A stretch of DNA of 64,000 nucleotides, taken from positions 364,188,001 to 364,252,000 of the forward strand of contig OZ024742.1 in the NCBI GenBank assembly GCA_964016885.1. Direction: 5' to 3'. A model generated the notes under the pieces. It was given only the letters and a program-made list of their open reading frames with translations. It had not been told where the DNA came from and did no database searches. Shown here one piece after another: positions 32,328-45,292 of the stretch. A program made the translations under genes and the position numbers. Numbering within the stretch: the stretch's first letter is position 1; each line of letters begins with the position of its first letter. This DNA is from Eledone cirrhosa (taxonomy: Eukaryota).

Positions 32328-35300
32328 TACAACTATCTGGTTGTGGAACCAACCAACCAACCAGAAATTTATAAATTTATTATATTTGTAAATTTATAAA
32401 TATATAATAAACTGAAGTGAAAGCAACTGGTGCGTGTGTTTCTTATTGACAGTATGACCCTCCCAAAGTATAACAATATCGGTTTCAACACACGATTTCA
32501 GATAAAGAATCTTGCTAAACAAATTCAGAAACGAAATATCGTATGCCTTAGCCAGGCTAACAAGATACTGAAAACCACCATGTTCTGTTGTCTACGAAAA
32601 ACCATAACATCTCGACAACTACACTTCATAAAGCAGTGTGCCTCATCCAGAATCTACACCAACACCATCAATACCGACGTTAGAAGATTACAACTAACCA
32701 AAAAACAAGCAGATAGGCTAAAACGAACATTAATTCTAAACATAAAAAAGAAGATCTATAGAGAATTAAGTCATCAAGAAAAACAAAAGCGTATCCTAAT
32801 ACAAGAAATAGCTAGGATCACCACACCAAGAGAGAAACTAATATTTATAAGCCTTATACGCCCTGAAGAACAGTACATTACTCAAGAATGTGATAAACAC
32901 TTTAACAAGAAACTAAAGTGGCTTAAACAGATAAAGCTAAATCAGGATACTATAGAGAATACCAATAGATATCCCGACAAAATTGACGGTATAAACATGG
33001 CCGACACATCATTAACAGAAGAGTTCAACAACAAAAACACCAATATATATGGTAACGCAAGAATAGATAATGACGAAATGTCTGTGTTATGTTTGTCCCC
33101 GAAATTTGCGACATTCAAGAAGGTAAATATGATTAGTTGTCTGTCAGAAATAGAAAAATCATTTACAAAACTACGCTGGAGCATCAAAAACAAAAACAAA
33201 AACAAAAGCAACAATATACGCACACGCATATACAACACTCATCCCAACAACAACAGACACACAGACACAAACAACAATAGCAACAACACACACATCAACA
33301 ACAACAACAATGACAACATACCCAGAAACAACAACAACAGACACGCAGACACAAACAACAATAACAACACACACAACAACAATAACACACACGGAGACAA
33401 CAACAACACACATCAACAACAGCACACACCAACAACACACACGCATTCAATGCCTCTCACCACCACCACAATCTTAACAAACACACAGACACAGAAAACA
33501 AGTAATGACAGTAGCACAGAAATCACAGAAATAAGGGAAAGTAATAGGATTAAAAGGAGAAAGGAGACGAAGGACAAAGAGAATAACCAAGACGAACACA
33601 CAGACACACAAAATAGGGTAGATAACAACAATGAGCCAGTGGAAAGAGACATGAGTAATTATGAGAGACATAGAAACAACCATGAGGCTGTTGGTGGAAA
33701 TAGAAATAGAAACAACACAACTAACAATAACAATAGCACTAGTACACATAAAGCAGCAGCCTGGAACTCTCCGTTTTATAATCCCTCCGATAAATCATTC
33801 GACCTGCGACGAGTCCACGCCACGACTTTACCATTTAACAAACGCACGCAATTGCCGTCGCAGGTCGATGAACAAACAGAAGCACAATTTAGTATAGCTA
33901 GATCCGAACTTAGAAATATTATAGAACAGTATAGCAAGAAGCATAATAGAATGGATGCCCAGCAACTGGGAGAAAAATCTGCAAATGGCTTGCGTAAGCT
34001 CATGCAGCGCTCACGTAATGGAGAGATAGCATGCTTTCCAACAGACAAGTCTGGCAGAATGTCGGTCGGCAGCCTGCCAAACTACATCCAGGCAATGCAA
34101 CCCCACATCACTAACACAAGAGAGGTAACACCACAGGAGCATGAGGATAGAGAAAAAGCCATCAATGCCCATATGGTGATGTGGACGAATATAATGCAGC
34201 CCAACAAAAGGACTGCCAACAACTTCCAGGCCTGGAACAATGACGTGCCGGCGTTGTATGGGCTTCGAAAAGACCATAAAACGGGCTGTGACCCTGTCGC
34301 GGGACCACCAACACGGCCAGTCTGTGGAGCTAACATTGCTAGTAACTACAGACTGTCCTACTTCCTCTCCCTGATCATACGCCCCATCATTGAAATGTCC
34401 CCAGATGTATGTGACAGCACGGAGGACCTCCTCAGCAGAATCGGCGTGAGTAACCGATCTGGGGACCTAACAAACTGCATAATAGGCAGTATGGATGTTG
34501 TGACCCTGTATCCATCTATTGACGTGGATTTTGCTGTGGAGAAATGCGTAGAAATGATCAGTGAGAGCAAGGTTGAGTTCCGTGGGATTGATACCAGTGA
34601 GCTGGGACTTCTACTTAAGCTTACCTATAGTAATAGTTACCTAGACACATATGACCTTAGCAACCTGTGCCCTACAAGACCAGCAAGAGGCAGACCACCT
34701 ACCATTACCTCAATGGCCAAGAAAACCCACACAGATAGATGGAACAGGTGGACCAGAGCCATACGGACACCCGAAAACCACGATGAACTGAAGAAAATGA
34801 TTTCACATGCGGTAGGGGCCAGCATAAAACTAACCCTTAAGGAACATATGTTCAAATTTAATGGAAAAACATGCCCAAGAGGAAGGAGCAGCCATTGGTG
34901 TTAGCATTGCAGGCGTCATAGCTAACTTATTCATGGTATGGTGGGACAGTAGACTTAAACTTAAACTTAAAGAACAATTAGAAGACCCCTTAACCCTGAT
35001 AATGTACTCCCGCTACGTAGATGACATAAACATCGTAGTTAAAACTCCCCCACTAGAGAACAGTCAGGAACTAGAGAAAAACACAATGGAAAGCATCCAG
35101 CAAATAGCAAACTCCATCCACCAGAGCATTAGAGTTACTATAGACTACCCAAGTATACACCCCAACCATCGATTACCTGTACTAGACACAGAGCTCTGGT
35201 TAGATACCATTAACAACAAAAAACAAATCCTCCATTTCCATTATGCCAAACCCATGACTTCGAAACATCTGATCCACCGAAACTCGGCCATTTCGGACCA

Positions 35301-36560
35301 TACCAAAATCAACATACTGATTGCGGATTTGGTACGGGTGATGAGAAATGTGTCCCGCATGTGCAACCCCGAAGAACTAGAGAGACACATACAACACTTC
35401 ATCCACCGTATGCAGTTCTCTGGCTACAATCAGAGAGATAGAATCAGAGTGTATAGAGGAGCCAGAACCAAATGGGAAAAAATGGTAAATAATGACTTAA
35501 ATGGGACCTGCCCCTTGTATAAGAACAAATTTTGGAATGGAATAGAAAGAACTAGAAACAAGGCTAATAGAATAAACTCATGGTATGATAGCAATAAATA
35601 CCAGAGTGTAATGTTCATCGATACAACCCCTAGAGGCGAACTAGCCTACAAATTTAGAAGGGCCCTAAATAAACATAAACTCAATATTAAGATAGTAGAA
35701 AGACCAGGTACCTCCGTAAAAACACTTATTAGCAAGACATACCCTTTTCAAAGACCCTCATGTATAGATAAGAAATGTATAACCTGTAAAATAAGCCCCC
35801 ATATTAACTGTAAAACTAGAAATGTAGTGTATAGCATAAGATGTACTGAAGGACAATGTAGAGACAAAAATATAGTGTACATAGGTGAGACAGCTCGTAG
35901 TATAGGGGAACGGATAAATGAACACTGGCGAGACCTTCAAGATAATAAAGAATCATCTGTACTCTACCAACATGCTAAGATAGAACACAAGGGTAAATTA
36001 GAGAACATAGAAATAAAAATAGAATCTACACACAGAAAAGATGCAATGTTTAGACAAATTACAGAGGCAATAAACATAAAAGAATTACAACCAAAATTAA
36101 ATAGAAAATATGAGTGGAACAGCAACATCACAACTTACAATTAAGGACAAAATGAAAACACACACACACATAGAACAAACAACCAACCAGTAACATGTAA
36201 ATAAATAAATAAATAAATAAACAAATAAATAAATGAACATAAACACACACAGACACCCGGATGTGGCGCATGCGCAGACTGAGCACACAACACACACACA
36301 GAAACAAAATGGCGTAGGACAGAACAAAGGAGAGGCACAGAAACAAAGAAAGGAATCCCCAGTCACTGAAGAGGTCACAGAGTGTGTGACGAAAGGACTA
36401 TGACTATATATAAACAACTATCTGGTTGTGGAACCAACCAACCAACCAGAAATTTATAAATTTATAAATTTGTAAATTTATAAATATATAATAAACTGAA
36501 GTGAAAGCAACTGGTGCGTGTGTTTCTTATTGGCAGCATGACCCTCCCAAAGTATAACAA
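32328..36560 (+). mobile_element. Full-length Penelope-like element with direct pLTRs; single ORF of ~1230 aa broken by one 2-bp deletion
   Basis: ORFs 32430-34904 and 34861-36144: GSMDVVTLYPSI, QEEGAAIG, YSRYVDDI, LPVLDTELW, C-terminal GIY-YIG NVVYSIRC..YIGETARSIGERINEH..RQITEA; pLTR repeated at about 32330-32478 and 36414-36560. Confidence 0.95.
36361..36405 (+). ncRNA. Minimal type I hammerhead ribozyme in the 3' pLTR
   Basis: AGTCA-CTGAAGA-GGTCAC agagtgt GTGAC-GAAA-GGAC-TA-TGACT. Confidence 0.8.
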
Positions 36561-36695
36561 TATATATATATATATATATATAGGAACGAGTAGGACCCCG
36601 ACGGCTGAACTCAAGCCGTTTCGACGGCTAATTCTGGACAGAAGTAGTGGCACATGTGATGTGAGAAAAACTACACACCCTCCATCTCAACTCTA

Positions 36696-36731
36696 CTTTT
36701 GAAAAGCAGAAGAACTGCGAAACCGGTAAAG
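36696..36731 (+). ncRNA. Minimal hammerhead with U3-A8 variant core (family C)
   Basis: CTT-TTGAAAA-GCAG aagaa CTGC-GAAA-CCGG-TA-AAG; same core in copies at about 45665-45700 and 47944-47979. Confidence 0.6.
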
Positions 36732-36800
36732 GAACCAAATAAATATATATTTTTTTTGAAAATAAGACTCCAGTTGCATTTTCGATTTCATCTGTTTATC

Positions 36801-36939
<139 letters not shown>

Positions 36940-37388
36940 GGAAATCAGTAAAATCGAATCTCTTTGCGGTTTGCAAGTGAATTCGGCCTACTTATATGAA
37001 ATGATGAGTTAGCAAAGCACTCGATAAGATAGGTCCTTATAATAGTAACATACGTTTAAAAAGCTTGACAAATCGAACATTGTGGTAGGCTAAACTTACA
37101 CACAATATGTATACCAGAGCAACGATAGCACTAATCAGGTTGAGAAAAAGTACACCTGGACAAATACGACGAATAGACGTTTAAGACAAATTAGACGAAT
37201 AGACGTTTAAAGTGTTTCTCTGAATCCAAAATCAAATATCCGACTTACTTGTAAGGCAAGCTCCTGGCAATTGATGACCGAACGTTGGATTCAATTTTTC
37301 AACAGGTTTATCGTTCTTCCTGAGATGGAAGTGATAGATAATATGTTGCTGCAATAAGCTGCTAATCGAATCATATATATATATATAT

Positions 37389-37650
37389 CTAAGGCGGGTA
37401 AAATTCCCGAGATCCATGGACGAGTTCTCTCCAGCGGTCTCTGTCCCTCATTATCGCTGCCATGTCCTGCGTCTCCAACAGACCAGTGTCTGTCCTTAGG
37501 GCATCAACATACGTTAACCTTGGTCTTCCTCTTCTAGTGTGTCCATGTAGGGGCTGTCACAGGAGCACTGAGTGCAATGTCAACTCTGGATGTCGGTGAG
37601 CATGTCCAGCTAACCTCAGTCTCCTCTGTGTCACTTTTGAGCTGACCTTT
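37389..37650 (-). mobile_element. 3' fragment of an RTE-clade LINE inserted in (TA)n
   Basis: Minus translation RRLRLAGHAHRHPE..HGHTRRGRPRLTYVDALRTDTG..MRDRDRWRELV, typical of the RTE C-terminus. Confidence 0.8.
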
Positions 37651-37667
37651 GATATATATATATATAG

Positions 37668-38717
37668 TTAGGGAAGCAGAAAATTACTTATTGTGATCCA
37701 GCTCGTGGTTAAGAAAGCCAGTTTCATGGATGGTTTCAACGTACGGTTAAGGGTAAATCCACAAATTTGTAAGAATTCCGTTCAATCTTGGAGTATAAAG
37801 TATAAAAGAGAAAACACAGGTAAGCATTAAGAGAAGGATTTTATCCAGGTATTGTTGAGAAGCTGTCGATTATGTGACCTTGAGCTGTTCCAGATTTTGA
37901 GTTCGAAGAATAAGTTACTCAAAAATAAAATCGAAAGTTCAATTTATTGTAACCATAGACTCAAAGAAAAGTTTTCGCACTACAAGTGCAAATCGAATCC
38001 TTAGCCTCTTACTACCAACTGACAAACTGCATATACTTAGACTTTATACCCTCTTATTGTATCTAAACCCTTTTAATTACCCACAAAAACCAATACCTAT
38101 ATCCCTACCTTCTCCTTCATTCCTCTTCTATTTCTTCGTTTTCTTCCTTCCTTCCCTCCTCTTTTTGGCTATCTTTTCTTTTCTTCTTTCTACCCTCTTC
38201 TTTGCTTTTATTTTGGTCATTATTACCTTCATCTTTATTTTTTATATATATATTTATCTCTTTATATCTCCCCCTCTCTCTATCCGTCCCTCCCACTATG
38301 ATCAATTTAATTCTCTTTAACTCACTACATTCCACGACATGAAGTCCACATATCAAAACTGATCAAGGAATCCTTCCACCTCTACCCCTCCCTCCATCTC
38401 AGTTTGTCACTCTACTTACCAACTCTTCTCCCCCTTCCCCCCGCTCTATACTATTACGTTTGTCCCCTCACCTTCTAATTCCTCTTCCTCTCTCTCTATA
38501 CTAGTAAATACAATTCCAATAAAATGCTTTTCTCTATATATTAAGAACTATTTCAAGAGTAGCTCACTCACTATTTTGAAAATTTGGACGTGAACAACAA
38601 TTATAATTTAGTGGCTGCTATTTGCAGTATAGCAATATAAGGTTGAACTTACCAATGAAACGGTCGTAAATGCCTGGATAAAATCCTTCTCTTAATGCTT
38701 ACCTGTGTTTTCTCTTA
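37668..38717 (+). mobile_element. Severely 5'-truncated PLE (last ~50 codons of the endonuclease plus 3' UTR) with inverted pLTR at the 5' end
   Basis: 37858-38004 reads RSCRLCDLELFQIL..LLKNKIESSIYCNHRLK, like PCDLCAAEALEIL..ILNKKSEAISAC at 14010; 37806-37853 is the inverse of 38668-38717. Confidence 0.65.
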
Positions 38718-38739
38718 TATATATATATATATATATATA

Positions 38740-40116
38740 TATAAGTATGTACACATACATACATATATGTATACAGACGTACAGTAGTATGTATATATAT
38801 ATACATACATGCACACATATATATATGTACGTATGGATTCACCGAACATTTATTATAATGCTTGGTGTGTTTGTAAACAAACATCCCGTATTAAGCCGTA
38901 GTGTCCAGCAACCATCGTTGCTCGTTTGTTCAACACTGACAAAGGAACGCTGTACTAGTTTCAAGCCTATTAGCTATCGTCAGCAACGTATACATTCCTG
39001 CGAGATTGTTGAACGTATATACTTACCCTATGCATATTAACGGCTGAGTAGCCCAATTTGCATATCGAGTGGGTTAATCGGCCGGGTCCACCGAAAACGA
39101 TAAACGGAAAAAATGAAAGGAAATTTCATTTACCACTCTTAGTACGGCTGTTACTTAAATATAAGTATGTACACGTACATACATATATGTATACAGACGT
39201 ACAGTAGTTTGTATATATATATACATACATGCACACATATATATATATGTACGTATGGATTCACCGAACATTTATTATAATGCTCGGTGTGTTTGTAAAC
39301 AAACATCCCGTATTAAGCCGTAGTGTCCAGCAACCATCGTTGCTCGTTTGTTCAACACTAACAAAGGAACGCTGTACTAGTTTCAAGCCTATTAGCTATC
39401 ATCAGCAACGTATACCTTCCTGCCAGATTGTTGAACGTATATAATTACCCTATGCATATTAACGGCTGAGTAGCCCAATTTGCATATCGAGTGGGTTAAT
39501 CGGCCTGGTGCACCGAAAACGATAAACGGAAAAAAATGAAAGGAAATTTCATTTCCCACTCTTAGTACGGTTGTTACTTAAATATAAGTATGTACACGTA
39601 CATACATATATGTATACAGACGTACAGTAGTTTGTATATATATATATATACATACATGCACACATATATATATGTACGTATGGATTCACCGAACATTTAT
39701 TATAATGCTCGGTGTGTTCACAAACATCTCGAATTAAGCCGTACAGTGTCTAGCAACCACCGTTGCAAATTTGTTCAACACTGACAAAGGAACGCTGTAC
39801 TAGTTTCCAGCTTATTAGTTATCGTCAGCAACGTATACCTTCCTGCCAGATGATTGAACCTCTGAAAGTATATACTTTCCTTATGCATATTAACGGCTGA
39901 GCAGCCTAATTTGCATATTGAGTGAGTTAATCGGCCGGGAGCACCGACAACGTTAAACGGAAAAAAATGAAACGAAATTTCATTTACCACTCTTAGTACG
40001 GCGGTTACTTAAATATAAGTAAGTATACGCACATACGTACATATATTTATATATGTGCATGTATGAATATATATATACATACTACTGTACGTCTGTATAC
40101 ATATATGTATGTACGT

Positions 40117-40130
<14 letters not shown>
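38740..40130 (-). mobile_element. Tandem array (3 x ~423 bp plus inverted partial) of a non-coding hammerhead repeat, retrozyme-like (family B)
   Basis: One hammerhead per unit at 38948-38988, 39370-39410 and 39793-39833: CGTTG-CTGA(C/T)GA-tagc taatag gctt-GAAA-CTAG-TA-CAGCG. Confidence 0.85.
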
Positions 40131-40160
<30 letters not shown>

Positions 40161-40902
40161 ATATTTATAGATATGTATGCGTGTATGTCTCTCTCACTCT
40201 CTCACTCTCTCTTTCTCTGTCTCTCTCTTTGTCTCTCTCTCTCTCACTCTCTCTCGCTGTGGCATAAAGCTGAAAGTGAATGAACTTTTCATATTTTGAC
40301 GAGAGGAAATAGAAGTTTGTTGGTGATATCTTGTTTACTGCTGTTGGAAACTGACAAAGAACGAGAAGCAATGTACAAAAATGTCATTTTGAAAACTTAA
40401 TCCAGAAAGGTAAAATACTACCTGAGATTGCTGATATCGTGAGGGGCCTTATGAACATAGGAGAACCTTTGAAATGACGGATAACATGGGAGGGGGTGAT
40501 TACTTGTGTATGTGTGTGTGTGTGTGGGGGGGGGGGTATGTCTGTGTGTGTGCGTGTTGTACAGAAGAAGGGAAAGTGGAAGCGTGTGAAATAAAATGAA
40601 GAGTATTTTGGAGAGAAATATATATATATGTCGAGAGAGAGAGAGAAATAGTAAGAGTGATTCAGCGGGAGGTAGATTACCAGAGTAAACGGCATTCAGA
40701 AATAGAGAGAGAGTGTGTGTGCGTGTGTGTGCGATCGAGATAGATAGAGAGAGGAGAGAGAGGGAGGGGGAGAGAGTGAGAGAGACATGGGGTGGGGAGA
40801 GAGGAAGAGAAGAGGGTTAGAAAATATAAAATGGTTGTCATTGTATATTGGAAGGTTTCATAAAATAACAATATATAATATATATATTTGAAGTAGCAGA
40901 AA

Positions 40903-40941
40903 TCTATATATATAAAACTAAGGATGTCTCTGTGTGTGTGT

Positions 40942-40972
<31 letters not shown>

Positions 40973-41523
40973 AGTTTGAATCCCTAAAACTCGAGAAGTA
41001 CCCAACCGATTTTTTTCAAACTTTACATATGTATTACCTATGTTTCAGGGAGTCTAATTCACATAAAATTATTCAACTTTTTGATACCCTAGGGTCCGCA
41101 TTAGGTGAAAAACTGCGTTTTTTTTCAGCTTTTTAGGGATTTTCTGAGGCGTTACATCAGACCAATTTCCTTGAAATTGTAACTATGTATTAATGAGTCT
41201 CTTCTTTATACCGTGAGCAAAGACCTTTTTTATGGCCTAGGCGAAAAACTTCATTTTTTCAGCTTTTTATGGCTTTTTTGAGGCGTTACGTCTAGCCGAT
41301 TTTTCCCGAAAATTCATTTTCTTGATCCCCTAGGGCCTGCATTAGGAGAAAACCTGAATTTTTCCAGCTTCATAGAGGAAAATCTTAAAGATTATCCAGC
41401 CATCAGAGTATTAGGTTTATTTTCTTTACATATTGTCAGGCATGCAATTTTTACCACGATTAGGTGTTAGCGGCCCGCGTTCAAAAATACCTTATCCCGT
41501 GCAGCGCCGGGTACCACTGCTAG
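40903..41523 (+). mobile_element. Non-autonomous Helitron
   Basis: A|TCTATATATATAAAAC...CCCGTGCAGCGCCGGG hairpin...CTAG|T; (TG)n near the 5' end. Confidence 0.88.
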
Positions 41524-42207
41524 TATATTGTAAAGTGATCCAGCAATGAAATAATTGTTTCTACTTTTGGCACAAGGCCAGCAATTACTCCAGTACATTA
41601 CTGGTACTTCATTTAATCAACCCCGTAAGGATGAAAGACAAAGATAACCTCGGCGGGATTTGAACTCAAAATGGCAAGGACCGTAACTCTATGCGTCAAA
41701 GCATGGCGTCCGACCCTCTACCGATACGTCCAACCCCCAAAGAAATAATACGATGACTGAACATAAGATAAGGATATCAGATATTTTACAACTCTACTGT
41801 CAACAAAACGGTCGGATATATTGAAATATATCATTAATGGATCTAAATGTCGGCTGGAAAGCAACAGAGACACTGCTTATCTACATTCAAATATCAAGTG
41901 TGAATTATCAAATGTAAACTTCACATCAGTGTGTATGTATATTTCTCTGTATACATACATATATATATACTGTATATATATATATTTATATATATATATA
42001 TATACATACATGGGTGAGTATGGATTCGAAATCGTAAGGTTGTGATTTCGATTCCCAGACCGGGTGATGCGTCATGTCCTTGAGCAAGACTCGTTATTTT
42101 ACGGTGCTCCTTCTACCTGGAGTTGCGACCAATAGATAGTATTAGCAATTGGAAAGACCCGTTGAAACACTGTTTCCTCGGTCCGATTTGACGAAAGTCA
42201 ATCGACT

Positions 42208-42404
<197 letters not shown>

Positions 42405-42663
42405 GTAGTCGACCAGCACTCAGTCCAAGGGACGACCTCGGCAGAAGTTAGTTCCACAAGAGTTAATAAACCATTAGAAATGTATATATATGTATATATA
42501 TGTATATAAATACCCCCTCCGCCTCCGTGGTATTTTCTTCGGGCTTATAAGAGGCTTAGCTCTGTTTCTCGACCGTTATATCGCGTGACTATCTCCCCCT
42601 CCGCCTTTTGGGATTCTTTCTCACGTCGTGTGGACGCGTTCTTGAGACTAGTAAAATGAGGTA

Positions 42664-42753
42664 TCCTCTTGATAAGTCGGCAGACCTCGCAAGGACTCTA
42701 TATCTTTATGATATATTGTTTTTGTTTATGCCACGAAACTACGTAGTCGAGGA
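42664..42753 (+). ncRNA. Type I hammerhead with U3-A8 variant core and extended stem II
   Basis: TCCTC-TTGATAA-GTCGGCA..(~45 nt)..TGCCAC-GAAA-CTACGTAG-TC-GAGGA. Confidence 0.72.
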
Positions 42754-42822
42754 ATTTAGGAGCAGTTTAGGTATGATACATTTTATTACTAATTATATCT
42801 AAATGTTTCTTCTCTCTTCATA

Positions 42823-42867
<45 letters not shown>

Positions 42868-42869
<2 letters not shown>

Positions 42870-43060
42870 AAAAAGTATGACCCGGACGTCAGAGCTCAAG
42901 CCGTTTCGACGGCTATTTCTAGTCCAGAAACAGCCGTTGAAATGGTTTGAGCTCTGCCGTCGGGGTCATACTTTTTCCTATTTACCACTCTACTACCCTA
43001 AGTATTGAGTACTCTGGTGCGTTATGGTCCATTTGGTTCCTTGCCACAATTCTTTTGTTA
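42868..43060. mobile_element. Fold-back short element in (TA)n (family A, pLTR-like, half-hammerhead)
   Basis: Palindromic arms around a GAAACGGC..GCCGTC-type helix; family copies at 36583-36640, 45845-46045, 48190-48330, 49355-49545 and 61347-61545. Confidence 0.75.
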
Positions 43061-43070
43061 TACACACACA

Positions 43071-43141
<71 letters not shown>

Positions 43142-43791
43142 AATGTTCAGAGGAAGCGCACGAGTTAGGATATATATATATATATATGAAAACAGGGAGA
43201 AAGAGACGATTACGTGGAAGAAAAATATATTTTTTTCCATTTTTGTTTCTCTCCCTCTCTCTTTTCAGTGTTAGAAAATGATTAAAACGAAATGTTTTAC
43301 TTTGTGTGAAGTGTTAAGGTATTAGTTGATTTATTCATTATTTAACAATGGCATTTATTTAACTGTTTAATTATTATCTATTCCCGGTTTCAGCCTTTAT
43401 ATGCATTATCAAATGATAGTGAAATGTATTAGTGTGGTGTCGCACATGTTAAACAGAAGGTGCAGAAAGAATAATTTTATATACAAACAAGGTTTAAGAA
43501 GTGAAAAAAAAAAGAAAAAGGAAAAAAAGCAACGTGCATAATGTGGAACGTAAAAAGTCAATGTGGAAGAAAAAAAAAAAAATATATATATATATACTGT
43601 TATGTACCTGTTTGAGGTAGGGTCAATAAGAGTTAGAACTCCAGGTAGCAATATGGGGTGATATGCTCCCTATCGATGAGTTACAATATCGATTTATCAT
43701 GATCAATCAATATTTTGAAACGATCGTAAAACAATGAATTAATTAAGTCAATCATCGCCTTTTGTTTCATTTTCATTGTTCAAAACACAGA

Positions 43792-43829
<38 letters not shown>

Positions 43830-43983
43830 CATACACGCGCGCGCGCACACAGACACACATGCACACGCATACATGCATACACACACACACACATATATAT
43901 ATATACGCAAATGCTTATGTATTATTTTGTGTATTTATGTATGCATAAATGAATATTCATATAACTATGGATATATATATTTA

Positions 43984-44037
<54 letters not shown>

Positions 44038-44039
44038 TA

Positions 44040-44075
<36 letters not shown>

Positions 44076-44526
44076 TGTATGAATGTATGTATGTATGTAT
44101 GTATGTATGTATGTATGCATGTATGTACATGTGTGTGTGTGGATACTTGTATATTTATATATTTAATCATACATACTACATCATATTCACGGAACACATT
44201 GGAAATAAATCAGAGCATACAATTAAAAGAAAATATATATAATTTTTTCAACCCGGATATTTTCTACGAATAACAGAACTTAGAAAAGAAATATGTTTCT
44301 ACGTGCAATCAGTGAGACGTAAAAACATATTTTCTATAACTACAATCGATTATATAGACATGGCTGCCGAAAAGCAAGCTAAGATACAGTAAACACTTTC
44401 GAAATGTAATTTACCAGCAAACTCCCCTTAGGGTTAAAATTCTCTTCGCTAAATATAGTTATTTATTTTTCTATAACATCCGATTTTTTTCCTCAGTTTC
44501 CACAAACACCCACACGCATACATTTA

Positions 44527-44558
<32 letters not shown>

Positions 44559-44623
44559 CTTGTGTGTGTGAGTGTGTGTTTATGTATGTATATATATACA
44601 TATAAGTTCATATATATATGTGC

Positions 44624-44716
<93 letters not shown>

Positions 44717-45156
44717 TCATACAGACACTCTCACACACAAAAACACACACGTATATATATATATATGCGAGTGTGTAGTCGGCAGATTGGGGTGTAGTAG
44801 TTAAAATCGACAGGTCACGTCGCTTAATCTGTGTTGCATTGTGTTTCCGAGCAAAATACTTTATTAACGAGGCTCAATCTGACAGGTGTTGTGACCAACA
44901 GACAATACCTGTAATGGAAAGACTGAGTCATTGAACTGTTGATTGATTCTTTTCTGAAGCGAATGATCCTGGTCTTCTTAAATATTGGTAATCTTAGGAA
45001 AGGTAAATATGTAAAATAATGAAAATATATTTCTGGCTGAAAATATGTTACAGTCATGGATGGATTGTTAGTTGAAGTGTGTCGATAATTCTTAATGTTT
45101 AGCGAGCAGATGGGCGAGTACACTAATTTGTATTTGCATACAAGTACATTAAATTT

Positions 45157-45292
45157 CGTGAACAAGTACATTAAATTTCGCGCCCGTATTTTGGAATTGT
45201 TTTTGTAGCCATTTAGAGAATTTTTTGCCAAACACTACTGCTACAAAAACAATTCCAAAATACGGGCGCGAAATTTAATGTACTTGTTCACG
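45157..45292. repeat. Perfect 53-bp inverted repeat with 30-bp spacer
   Basis: CGTGAACAAGTACATTAAATTTCGCGCCCGTATTTTGGAATTGTTTTTGTAGC and its exact reverse complement at 45240-45292; degenerate copies near 45390 and 45510. Confidence 0.9.

Noticed and set aside
44824-45231. 135-aa ORF with YLPFLRLP, possibly a PLE thumb remnant
   Set aside because: No diagnostic RT or endonuclease motif; too weak to call.
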